From: Selaginella moellendorffii | Taxonomy: Eukaryota; Plantae; Lycopodiophyta | Direction: 5' to 3' | DNA length: 64,000 nt | NCBI RefSeq assembly: GCF_000143415.4 | Contig: NW_003314309.1 | Span: 194,992 to 258,991 of the forward strand | Part shown: positions 49,332 through 60,779 of the stretch, piece by piece | Numbering within the stretch: position 1 is the first letter of the stretch | How the letters are laid out: each line of letters begins with the position of its first letter | Made by a program: the position numbers and the translations under genes | The notes under the pieces: generated by a model | The model's database searches: none | What the model was told of the DNA's origin: nothing | What the model saw: only the letters and a program-made list of their open reading frames with translations

Positions 49332-51248
49332 TTACGGATTTCCAGGAGGGCCTTGTTGTTGTTGTTGCTGCTGCGGCTGCTGCTGTGCCGGATTGTAGCC
49401 TCCAGGATTGCTTCCTCCGCCTGGGTTGTATCCATTGTTGTTCCCAGTGTTATATCCGCTTCCCGGATTAAAACCTCCACCTCCGGCACCCGAGGAAGGA
49501 TTGCTAAAACCTCCCTGGCTTGGATTGTTAAATCCTCCTGGACTGCTTCCTGGACCACCACTATTGCTTCCCGGATTGTTGAAGCCTCCCGTACTATTGC
49601 CTGGACCACCACTGTTGCTTCCAGACGGAGTGTTGAATCCTCCTGGACTATTTCCTGGACCACCACTGTTGCTTCCCGGATTGTTGAATCCTCCGGGATT
49701 GTTACCCCCGGAGCTAAATCCAGTCGAAGAGTTTCCAGCACCAAACCCGCCAGGATTACTTCCATAGCCTCCACCCGCATTTCCTCCTGGACTAGGAGAC
49801 CACCCCGGATTTCTACCTTGTGCACTAAAACCACCTGGACCGTTTCCGGGATTCGAGCCAGGACCCGAGTTGAATCCCCCTGGACCGCTCCCAGGATTGG
49901 AGTTGAATCCGCCAGGAGCGCTTCCGGCATTTGGATTAAATCCTGGATTGTAGCTGCCACCTCCTGGAGCTGGACTTCCAGCATTCATCGCTCCAGCCGG
50001 TGCTGCTCCAACAGCCGCTCCCACTGGTGCTCCAACCGGCGCTCCAAACGGAGATCCACCGGGTGGAGGATTCACCGGAGGCAGCGGCTTAACATTTGGA
50101 TTCGGCCAAGTTCTTCTGCTAGCTCGACTCCCACCAGCAAACTCGGGACCAACCGGAGGTCCCTTGTAGTTTGGATTCGGCCAGACTTTGCCACCTTTCT
50201 TCCCAATGCCTGCGAACTCCGGACCGACTGGGGGACCCTTGTAGTTTGGATTCGGCCATACTTTCCCCTTGGGAGTCTCGTAGATCGGTGGAGGACCTTT
50301 GTAGTTTGGATTCGGCCATGTCTTGCCACTGCCTTTGCCACCGCCGCCCCAGACGTACTTTGGATCGTCACCCTTGTAGTTTGGGTTCGGCCACACTTTT
50401 CCAGTCCCTCCTTTGCCAGTGCCGCTCACGAAAGGCTTGTCCCCGGGCTTTGGCTTGTAGTTTGGATTCGGCCACACTTTTCCACTGCCTTTGGTGAAGG
50501 TCACAAAGTTGTCCTTGCCATCTTCCGGGGGCTTGTAGTTTGGATTCGGCCAAGTTTTCCCACTGCCATACTTGCTGAAAGACGAGCCTCCAGTCGACCA
50601 CACGTAGTTGTCACCAGGCTTGGGCTTATAGTTTGGATTGGGCCAAACTTTCCCGACTCCTTTGCCACCTTTGAAAGATCCACAGCCAAATGGCTCGTCC
50701 GAGACTTTGTACTCGGGATCCATGAGAGGATGAGGCCAGCCATCCCCGTCCCTGTAAATCTTCTGGTTTGGATCGATTCCACCACCAGTGTTCTCGGTCT
50801 TTGCCGCTCCATCGGTGCCTGCTGGAGATGGAACTACATCTACCACAGCGCTGGAAGCTGGCGTGGTAGAGCCAAAAAGCCCACCGGGACCCCATAGACT
50901 GGAAGAGCTGGAGTTTCCACCGCTGCTAGTGCTGCTATTGCTGGAACTCTCCCACGGCAATGCGCTCGGGGACGAGGAGGAGCTAGAAGAAGGATTCCAT
51001 GAGCTCCCAAGATCACTGCCAGATGCGGCCTCCGGTGCCCTGAGCAGCCGAAATCGCGTCCTGGAGAGCTCTCCTCCAGGCCCTAATCGCTGGACCCTAA
51101 GACCGCTGCTGCTGGAATGCCGCGAGAGGAGATCCCTGTCGACGCCATTGCCGATTCCAGCCGCGGGCGCTGAAGAAGAGGAGGACGATCGCGCTAGCGG
51201 CGGCAGCGGCACGCTCACTACCTGCGCCGCCATAGCACTCACCAGCAT
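49332..51248 (-). CDS. Uncharacterised Gly/Pro/Asn-rich disordered protein with 8 WPNPN(Y)K repeats and a putative plastid transit peptide (~638 aa)
   Basis: Single long ORF from ATG 51248 (or 51233). Ser/Ala/Arg-rich N-terminus. Repeats are conserved at protein level with variable spacers. GGFN repeats and a polyQ tail. AT-rich promoter-like upstream region with aaccct-type motifs. Confidence 0.8.
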   Translation of the reverse strand: MLVSAMAAQVVSVPLPPLARSSSSSSAPAAGIGNGVDRDLLSRHSSSSGLRVQRLGPGGELSRTRFRLLRAPEAASGSDLGSSWNPSSSSSSSPSALPWESSSNSSTSSGGNSSSSSLWGPGGLFGSTTPASSAVVDVVPSPAGTDGAAKTENTGGGIDPNQKIYRDGDGWPHPLMDPEYKVSDEPFGCGSFKGGKGVGKVWPNPNYKPKPGDNYVWSTGGSSFSKYGSGKTWPNPNYKPPEDGKDNFVTFTKGSGKVWPNPNYKPKPGDKPFVSGTGKGGTGKVWPNPNYKGDDPKYVWGGGGKGSGKTWPNPNYKGPPPIYETPKGKVWPNPNYKGPPVGPEFAGIGKKGGKVWPNPNYKGPPVGPEFAGGSRASRRTWPNPNVKPLPPVNPPPGGSPFGAPVGAPVGAAVGAAPAGAMNAGSPAPGGGSYNPGFNPNAGSAPGGFNSNPGSGPGGFNSGPGSNPGNGPGGFSAQGRNPGWSPSPGGNAGGGYGSNPGGFGAGNSSTGFSSGGNNPGGFNNPGSNSGGPGNSPGGFNTPSGSNSGGPGNSTGGFNNPGSNSGGPGSSPGGFNNPSQGGFSNPSSGAGGGGFNPGSGYNTGNNNGYNPGGGSNPGGYNPAQQQPQQQQQQQGPPGNP

Positions 51249-52149
51249 TCCTTGCGCATCCACACAGCTCCCACGAAGAAAAATCCCTCTAGGGTTTTGG
51301 ATAAGGGTTTAACAAGAAAAATATCTAAAAGCAGTATATTCGTGTAGTGTTAGAGGATATTCTAATTGGAGCATATATTCTTTAAAGGGACCAGAGTGAG
51401 CTTAAAATAATGCATACTAAAAAACAAATTAATATATTTCTTGAAGTACGTTTTTGAAGTAAATTCAATATATATAAAAATTATGAATTGCAAACCTTGT
51501 TAGAACTAAAAAATGAAAAGAATTAAATAGATAAAAACAATAAAAACACCTTTATTTACTTTCTTCATCTTTACCTTTAATAAAATTTTATTATAATTTT
51601 ATTAATTTATAATCTTTTAAATATTTCTTAATTTATATGGAAAAATTAAGAACTCATCTATTAGAATTATGTATAATTTTAGATACTATTTATTTATTAT
51701 TTGGATTTTTCTTTTTATTGTTATTTTTTTAAGTAAAAATATTTATGAATGTTCATCTAAAGATTGGGAAACATCTTTTCTCTTTAAATAATAAAAAAAT
51801 TTATGTATAAAAACATTTACATCTTTTCTATACTTATCATAATAAATTTCTAAGCAACAAAGCATTATTTCCCATACTACAAGCAGACTTAGCCTTGTTA
51901 TCAATGGGTTTGTCCCTTTTCACTTGACTCCCCCAAGTACTTGCTTGTTAATGATCCAAATCATATTTTAAAAACTATATTTTTTTAATAAATAATGATA
52001 AATATCAACTTATAGCTTTTCCCAATTCAGCAAAATATATAACAAATGATGATTATGGATGGCAGAACTGGTCATTTAAAGGTTGCTTTCAACATATAAA
52101 TCATAATATTATAAATCATCATGTCAATAGAATATAAAACATATATATA

Positions 52150-55100
52150 TGTGAGTGCTTGGAATATGGAAAGGGAATACAGAAAATGTGCATATCAATT
52201 AGCCCAAAAACCCTAGCTTATATATAGAAGCGAGTGGTCCGGATTGAAACCAATCCGACGGCTACCAAAATCCCACTACGCTAATGTTAGTATACGGCAT
52301 TGTAGGTGTACACTTGGCCCTCACATCATCCCCTCCTCTCGGAATAATGGTAAACCATCAGGGTTCTCTTGTAGACGGGCTGGGATTTGGAGGAACGTCA
52401 GGAGGAGGCATCGGCGGATCTGTAGGTGGTATTAACTGCTTCTGATCCCTTTGTATAAAGCGTTTCAACCGTTGCACATGCATAATCTCTGGAGGCTCGG
52501 CTTGCTGGATGTCATGCCAAACCTCATAAACTTGTGGTCCAACTTGCCGCAAAACCCGATATGGTCCTTTCCACTGTGCAAGGAGCCCCTTAGATAAACC
52601 ACGTACCGTAAGATGGGGAAAACGAATTAATACCAAATCATCCACTTTGTACTCTGCAGGTGGACGATGATGGGAGTTGTAGTGCCGTTGTTGTCCCACT
52701 TGTACGCGGCCTAAGTGTTCGGCAGACTCTGCTCGGACAAGTGGAAAAATGCTTGTCAAATATTGATCCCATGACTTAGCATTCGCAACTTGTGGCAATC
52801 GCAAAGGTAAACCCAGCTCCATTGGTAATATTGGATCATGACCATATAAGAGTTTATATGGTGAAGCACCAACAGAACTCTGCACCCCAGTGACATATGC
52901 ATACCGAAGAGACGGCAAATAACCATCCCAATCTGAATGCTGAAAATTCACATACTTCACAATCATCCCCTTGAACGTCCAAACGAGCCGTTCCACCAGA
53001 CCATCTGATTGTGGATGATAAGCACTCGTGAAAGTGTGGCGAATCCCCAACCGAGACGTCAAAACATGAAATGCCTCAGCCATAAATGTGGGCCATTATC
53101 TGAAAGAATCCGCTCTAGACAAGAATGCTTGAACACCACTCGATTGAGGAGGAAGTATCCAACAGCAGTTGTAGAGGCGCTAGCAAGAGCACCAACTTCC
53201 ACCCAACGAGTCAAATAGTCAGAAGCAATAATAATATACTCATTGCCAACAGTCGACCGTGGAAAAGGTCCCATAAGATCAAACGCCACCAACTCAAACG
53301 AATAGGAAACTGCAATTGACTCCAACTGTCCTTCCGCAGCCTGAGGGGGAGTATTACGAGCTTGGCACCAAACGCAGCTACGCACATACCGGATAATATC
53401 ACGTCGCATCTCCGGCCAATAGAAAGATCTGTGTAGCTTCTCAATTACATGACGATGTCCCATATGCTCACCTAGAATAGGAGAATCATGGTAGGCATGG
53501 AGAAACTGCAGAATAAAGATAGAAGGCACCACCAGACGTAAATGATCATCAGGATCTGTCCCCACAAAATAAAGAAGGCCACCTTCAAGATGATATTGAG
53601 AATGTAAATGCCGGAAAGGCAAGTCATCAGCAAGTGATGCAAGATTCTTAAACCCATCTCGAAGCCTTCGAATCCATAGCTCAATCTTTTGAGCCTCGTG
53701 AACCTCATCAAGCGAAGGTAGATCTTGCTCTGCACCTTGTGGACACTTAACGTCAAGTACAGCAACTGCCGACGGCACAGAATCCTCGTCTAGAAAATCC
53801 ACAGATGCTGGAACAACAGGCTCGTCAGAAACATGAGAAGAGAGTGAAGAAGGAAAAGGAGCTCGAGAAAGGGCATCAGCATCAGCCATAGAACTCCCTG
53901 GACGATGAACAACATCAAAATCATATATCTGAAGCTTTAAAGCCCACCGAGCAGTACGACCAACTAGGTTCTTCCGCTTTAATAACGAAGTAACAGCAGC
54001 ATGGTCACCTTCAAGTAATGTCTGAGAACCATGTAGATATGCATGAAGTTTCTCGAAACACCAGACTGCTACTAAACACTCCTTCTTTGTCATGGAGTAG
54101 TTCATCTCCACTGGTTATAATGTACGGCTTATATATGCAATGGGATGGCGCTGACTAGGCACACACTCAAACTCTCTTGCATTAACACACCTCTAAGACC
54201 AATGTCAGAAGCATCCACGTGCAAAATAAAAGGTCGAGTGTAGTCAGGATATGCCAAAACTGGAGGAGTCGTCAATACCTCTTTGAGATCCCCGAACGCC
54301 CACTCACAATCCGGAGACCAGATGAAAGATGATGTTGATGACTTCAGCAACGCTCGCAACAGTGCAGTGTGATCAGAAAGATGATCCACAAAACGATCGA
54401 GATACTGCACCTTGCCCAAGAAACGCTGCACATCATTAACACACTTCGGAGTAGGGAAATTTAGAACAGCCACAAGTTTGTTAAGATCAACTTGCAAACC
54501 CTCACGAGAAATACGGTACCCAAGATAAGTTGTATCTTTAGACCCAAACACGCACTTCGACCGCTTTAGCTTCAAACCAACATTGCGTAGCCGATCCAAC
54601 ACTTTACAAACATCACAAATGTGCTCCTCCCACGTCCCCTCTGAGCGGATCAAGACATCATCAATGAAGTCAGCAATCACCTCCAGCATATCACAAAGAA
54701 CCTCGTCCATCATCCGTTGGAAAGTTGCTAGAGCATTGTTCAAGCCAAATGGCATCACCAAGAATTCGTACAAACCAAATGGTGTACGAAAAGCAGTCTT
54801 AGGAAATTCTTCTTTGGCCATCGGTACTTGCCAGTACTTAGAAGCAAGATCTAGCTTGGTGAACCAACGACTTCGCCCCAGACGATCCAAGAGATCAGCA
54901 GTGTGAGGAAGAGGGTACACATCTGGGATCATCACTTCGTTTAATAGACGATAGTCAATGCAGAAACGAATACTCCCATCAGGCTTCGTCACAAGATGAG
55001 GTTCACATGCCCAAGGACTCCACGACTTCCGAATAACACCTTTCTCCAACATCTCCTTGACATTTGCACGTAAAATCCGGATCTCCTTGGGTGACCGACG

Positions 55101-55288
55101 ACGAACGGGAACCTTGATTGGACGAGCATCCCCGGTTGGAATTGGATGACGTGTGGCAATCTTAGCCCCAGACGATAGGTCAAATTCAAAGAGATCAAAA
55201 TACTCCTTCATGAGCCGATCCACTGTTGCAACACAAAGATCGTTGGAGGGATCGGAAAAGGGAAGAGCAGAACAAGATGGAAACATAG
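52150..55288 (-). mobile_element. Second family-1 gypsy copy (3' LTR, integrase, RNase H, RT), 5' part lost at a nested insertion
   Basis: LTR at 52150-52325, PPT at 52326-52340; ORFs 52358-53083, 53059-54111 and 54129-55364 are homologous to 725-3550. Confidence 0.93.
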
Positions 55289-55538
55289 TGTGAGACACAA
55301 AATCCCTAGGCCCCAAAGTGGAGCTGGAAGGGTGCCACGTGGTAGTGGCCGAAGTGAAAGCCAAACGAGCGTAACACGTTTGGACTAAAAGCTCAGACTT
55401 GATAGGTCAAGAGCGGGAGTGGAACTCCCAACAAAGTGCTTGAGGAATGAGCACGAAGCGAGCAATAAGCGAGGCTCTAAAAAGGGACCCAAAAAGAACT
55501 AACACATGACACGTGGAAGTGTCCGAGCTGGACTCGAG

Positions 55539-55746
55539 TGTAAGCTCCTGAGTTTGGACTTCCCGGGAGGTCACCCAGCCCAATACTATCAGCCCAATAC
55601 TATTCAAACCCAAGGACGCTAAACACCAAATATCCCAAGACCCTTAACCGATTGGAAAAGGGGGTGCACTCTTGTTCATGGGCCCTTTCCCTCTATATTT
55701 GAACCCCATGGATCGTCTCTCGAGTCGTTCCCTTTGGTTGCTTACA
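55539..55746 (-). mobile_element. Cassandra-like 5S-promoter solo LTR (copy 3)
   Basis: TGTAAGC..GCTTACA; TSD TCGAG/CCGAG; 14-bp tandem duplication cagcccaatactat; absent from the paralogous LTR 57665-59254. Confidence 0.9.
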
Positions 55747-56245
55747 CCGAGATGGAGTCCGAGATGGAGTCTAAGATGGACCCGAGATGGAGTCCGAGAT
55801 GGACCGAGATGGAGTCCGAGAAGGACCTGAGATGGAGTCCGAGGTCGAGACCGAGATGGAGTCTGAGATGGACCGAGACGGAGTCCGAGATGGACTGAGA
55901 TGGAGTCCGAGATGGACCCGAGATGGACCGAGACGGAGTCCGAGATGGACCCAAGATGGAGTCCGAGATGGACCGAGACGGAGTCCGAGATGGACCTGAG
56001 ATGGACCCGAGATGGAGTCTGAGATGGAGTCCGAGATGGACCCGAGATGGAGTCCGAGATGGACCGAGATGGAGTCCGAGAAGGTCCCGAGATGGAGTCC
56101 GAGGTTGAGACCGAGACCGGGACTGAGACCGAGATCGAGACCGAGACTGGGACCGAGACCGAGACCGAGACCGAGGCCAAGGCAAAGACCGAGCCCGAGT
56201 CCAAGTTCGAGTCCGTGTCCGAGTCCGAGTCCGAGTCCAAGTCTG
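55747..56245. repeat. 12-bp (CCGAGATGGAGT) and 6-bp (GAGACC, GAGTCC) minisatellite in LTR B
   Basis: Read directly; reverse-complement counterpart at 58665-59025. Confidence 0.95.
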
Positions 56246-57664
56246 AGAGGGTGAAAGCCCAAAGCGTTCGTCTCCCAGACCCTGGGGGGTTTGGTGAGCT
56301 CCAAAAGTATAGTAAGGGGGAGGACTGCAGCGGAGCCAGTTTGGCCAGGAAAGGCCAATTTGGCCCAGGAAGGCCAGACCCAGTGTTGGGTGATGAACTA
56401 ACCACTAGGAAGTCCAAGACTAGAGTGAATACGGACCGACAAGTGGGGTAGCTTGGTGAAGTGTTCAAGAGCCGGCTCTAGTTCCCCTGGGAGATCGACT
56501 GGCCGATGCTCCCAGTCCAAGTGTGGGTGGCACTACCTACTTGGATACCTAGTGCGGCTCAATGGAACCTCGCTCTAAGCCCATGGCTAGACCACCTAAA
56601 GGTGGAAGGTAGGGAGAGTACCCATAGGGCTTGCGTAGGGCCACGATATTCCGAAATGTTGTCCCAAAGCCCTAGACAGTGAAAAGGAAGAGGAGCAATC
56701 CTCTATTGCAATGACCAAGGATGCGGTCACATGGTGAGGAAGTCCCAGAGGACCGTGGGACTTAGTGGTCGGGCCTGTGGGCCTCGATCTAGTAGCAGTG
56801 TTGGTGAACATGGCCATGAGCAGAAAAGGATTTGGTGGGGACCAGAAAAAGGACATTTGGGGAAGACTATTCCCCATATCTATGGGCATCCTAAGGATGC
56901 TAAGGAGTGGATCTGGGATGATCACTCATAGACGAATGGCCCAGTCTTTGAGAGGTGGGATTGTGATGGAAGTGGTGTCAAACCACCAGTGTGACCAAGG
57001 TGAATGGATATGGCCTTAGTGTAACGGGCCGATATGTTAGTGGTACCTTGGGGTGTCGGTCATGGGATCGGACACGTGAAGCACTTAGACCAAGTGCAAT
57101 GATAGAGTGGCATGGATGCCATTTTCGGGGCTAGCAAGTCCCTGAGTCCAAAATAGGACTTATGGAAGTTGTGAGTGAGACTCCTCCAAGTGGTCGAAGG
57201 TGGGGTTAAGTGGCTAAAGTAGAATGGAAAAATTAGTCGCTTACAATTTGGCACTAGAGCTGTTCCTTAGTCCGACTCTTATTGGTGGCCAAGTATATCA
57301 CCACTTGTATTGGAATTGGAAGGTCCTAGATATAGACCTATCCTCGAGGAGTAGCATGTCGAGAGGACATGGCTCTCCACTCAAGTTCATGCGTGAACTT
57401 ATGCATGATGTGGTGGATGGAAAGGGGCCAATAAGGGAACGACTTTGGGATCTTGGGAACAGTATAAGGGTTTCCTCAGAGAGTTGAGGATGTGATCCAA
57501 ATGAGAATTTAACTTAGCAAACTGGCTGATGTAGTTGTGGTAAACAACTACAGTTGGGATCACGGGAAAGATGCAGACTCCAAAACGATAAAAGAGTCAC
57601 AAGATTACCCTCACATAGTGGAGGATGGTACTCATAACTTTGAGACCGGAATTAATGACCATGG

Positions 57665-59254
57665 TGTAAGCGACTAATTTTTTCCATTTTACTTTAGTCA
57701 CTTAACCACACCTCTGACCACTTGGAGGAGTCTCATTCACAACCTCCATAAGTCCCAGTTAGGACTTGGGGCATGCTAGCCCCGAGAATGGCATCCATGC
57801 CACTCAACCTTTGCACTTAGTCCAAGTGCTCCATGTGTCCGATCCCATGACCGACACCCCAAGGTACCCCCGACATATTGGCCCGTTACGCTAAGGCCAT
57901 GCCTATTCACCTTGGTCACACCTTTGGTCTAACGCCACCGACATCATAGTCCCGTCTCTCAAAGACTGGGCCATCCGTCCGTGAGTGATCATCCTAGATC
58001 CACTCCTTAGCATCCCTGGGATGCCCGCAGATATGGGGAATAGCCTTCCCCGACATCTCTTTTTCAGTCCCCACCAAGTCCCTTCTCGTCCATGGCCGTG
58101 TTTGCCAACACTGCTACCGGATCAAGGCCCACAAGCCCGACCACTAAGTCCCACTATCCTTTGGGACTTCCTCACCATGTGACCGTATCCTTGGTCACTG
58201 CATTAGAGGCCTACTCCTCTTCCCTTTCACCATTTGGGACTTTGGGACAACATTTCGGAACACCATGGCCCTACGCAGGCCTCATGGGTACTCTCCCCGC
58301 CTTTCGCCTTTAGGTGCTCTAGCCATGGGCTTAGAGTGAGGTTCCGTTGAGCCACAACAGGTATCCAAGTAGGTAGTGCCACCCACACTTGGACTGGGAG
58401 CATCGGCTAGTCGATCTCCCAAGGGAACTAGAGCCAGCTCTTGAACACTTCACCAAGCTACCCTGCTTGTCAGTCCATGTTCACTCTAGTCTTGGACTTC
58501 CCGGTGGGCAGCTCATCACCCAGCACTGGGTCTGGCCTTCCTGGGCCAAACTGGCCTTTCCTGGCCAAACTGGCTCCACTGCAGTCCTCCCCCTACTATA
58601 CTTTTGGAGCTCACCAAACCCCCCAAGGTCTGGGAGATGAACACTTTGGGCTTTCACCCTCTCAGACTTGAACTCAGACTCGGACTCGGACTCAGACTCG
58701 GACTCGGACTCAGACTCGGACTCGGACTCGGACTTGGACTCGGACTCGGGCTCGAGCTTGGTCTTGGCCTCAGCCTCGGTCTCGGTCTCGGTCTTGATCT
58801 CGGTCTCGGTCTTGGTCTCGGTCCCGGTCTCGGTCTCGACTTCGGACTCCATCTCGGACTCCATCTCGGGTCCATCTCGGACTCCATCTCGGACTCCATC
58901 TCGGGTCCATCTCGGACTCCATCTCGGACTCCATCTCGGGTCCATCTCAGACTCCATCTCGGACTCCATCTCGGGTCCATCTCAGGTCCACTTCGGACTC
59001 CACTTCAGACTCCACCTCGGACTCTTCCACGTGTCATGTGTTAGTCCTTTTTGGGTCCCTTTTTGGAGCCTTGCTTATGGCTCGCTTCGTGCTCATTCCT
59101 CAAGGACTTTGTTAGGGGTTCCACTCCCACTCTCGACCTTTCGAGGCGGAGCTTTTAGTCCAAACGTGTTACGCTCGTTTGGCTTTCGCTTTGGCCACTA
59201 CTATGTGGCACCCCTCCGGCTCCACTTTGGGGCCTAGGGATTTTGTGTCTCACA
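57665..59254 (-). mobile_element. Family-B 3' LTR in inverted orientation, with PPT-like tract and chromodomain-like relic to ~59560
   Basis: Reverse complement of 55289-57245 without the 5S LTR; aggtggtggagt (minus) abuts 59254; relic LSWRGYAP. Confidence 0.85.
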
Positions 59255-60779
59255 ACTCCACCACCTATAGACGAAGTTCGATGTCCTCATCAAACGGTAA
59301 ACCCTTTCATAAAGTAACACCCGCATGTGTTACCATTTCCATCTTTGGCACCCAGCCAATATCTGTCTATGGTTTGACACCAAAGGCTCACCATGCCTTG
59401 TCCATCCTCTAAGGAGCATAGCCTCTCCAACTTAGAGGCTCATTTAACCACTTGTGGTGGTTTTCTCCTTTTTATTGGTTTAGTTCTCGCTAAATTTGTT
59501 AGAGACACCTTCTCTAACTCGATCCCACTACTCGTTCTCGAGTGGTCTCACTTTCCAACGCTATAACCCTTGTAAGCTCTATTTCGTTAAAGTGGGATTT
59601 ATTCAGTAAAATGGGACTAGGTACAAATTTTCAAGTATTTGAAAATGACGTGAAATTATATGTTTTTTGTCCAGGGGCTAGACATATCTGGGGCATGGTG
59701 ACTAGCGCGGTGACCTTATGTCCAGACTGAGTCCATCTAGTTGTATAATAAATCTCATTGTCAAGGTGAACAAGCCGAATCTGAAGCTAAAGAAGAGCGA
59801 TGGCATGCGCGCACACACTATTTGTTTGTTCATTGAGCGTGTGGTGAGCTTTCCAAGATGAACATCATTCCTATTAGCCAGACATATAACTTAATGGTGA
59901 GAACATTTAGATATTATTCAATGTTATCTTTTTCTAACGAATCTAATTGTGAAGGTGTAGCAAGAGGCATTGCTAGTCTGGAGAAGTCATTTAACTCATT
60001 TGACCCTTAGTGTATTTTCATGAAACTAAATAACATTCATATTATTAAGGAATTTCTCTAGTACCTTTTTTTTACGACATAGAGGCTTGCATTTCTTTCA
60101 AAGGTGATTTAGTAAAAGGCCTGAGGGCACATGCCATTCTATTTCTCAGACCGGTATTAAGATATACTAGTGCAAAGGGAAAAAGGTATTTGGTGATCAA
60201 GTAAATGGCATGAGGGCACACGCCATTATAAGCCTAAGCGCTAGTGGACACCTCCTTTTTGGTACTCTCAGCGGTACTATCATCCTTCTCCGGGTCAGTT
60301 GTTTTGCTTTGGATTGTTGTCTCTGACGTTACTGGGGCGTTCTCGATAGTTGTTAATGTTGCCGTTTGTTCAGAAAAATGATCACCTGGAGTATAGTACG
60401 GGGAGTTTGGAAGACTTATATATTCTACATCTTCACCTATCTCCTTCTCCGTCTCCTTTTCTGCCTCACTTACAGATTTTGTGCTTGCCATGAGAACGCT
60501 CTTCACCCTAAAATATGGAGTTCGTTGTGTTATAAAAGGAAACCAACACACACGCTGCAAGGGAATGATGGTACATAAAGCACGTAAGCCCACAATATGG
60601 GTTTATGTGCCATTAATATGGGCCACACGCCATATTATTAGATTTATGCACGTGTGATTGGTAAATGCATATGTCACATCATCTTTGTTTTACCTCACAC
60701 ACTATATCAAGCCTCCTCTGATTCAGATTCGGATTGTTCACCTTGAAATAAAATACATTAGAAACTTTGTAAAGGAATA

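Larger units (their letters stand above)
55289..57245 (+). mobile_element. Family-B 5' LTR with downstream degenerate Met PBS; contains a minisatellite and a nested 5S-type solo LTR
   Basis: tgtgagac...cgcttaca termini; tggcactagagc at 57249-57260; inverted paralog at 57665-59254. Confidence 0.88.

Noticed and set aside
49317-50897. 526-aa plus-strand ORF with VVWIRP repeats
   Set aside because: Antisense shadow of the WPNPNYK gene; no independent protein-like features.
55644-59237. SR-rich, SD-rich and LG-rich ORFs
   Set aside because: Products of stop-free 6/12-bp minisatellites within LTRs.
57660-59259. 57665-59254 as a solo LTR
   Set aside because: Flanks catgg/actcc are not a TSD, and a PPT-like tract plus internal relic adjoin it.
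59571-59580. tgtaagctct as a fourth 5S-type LTR
   Set aside because: Similarity stops after 10 bp.
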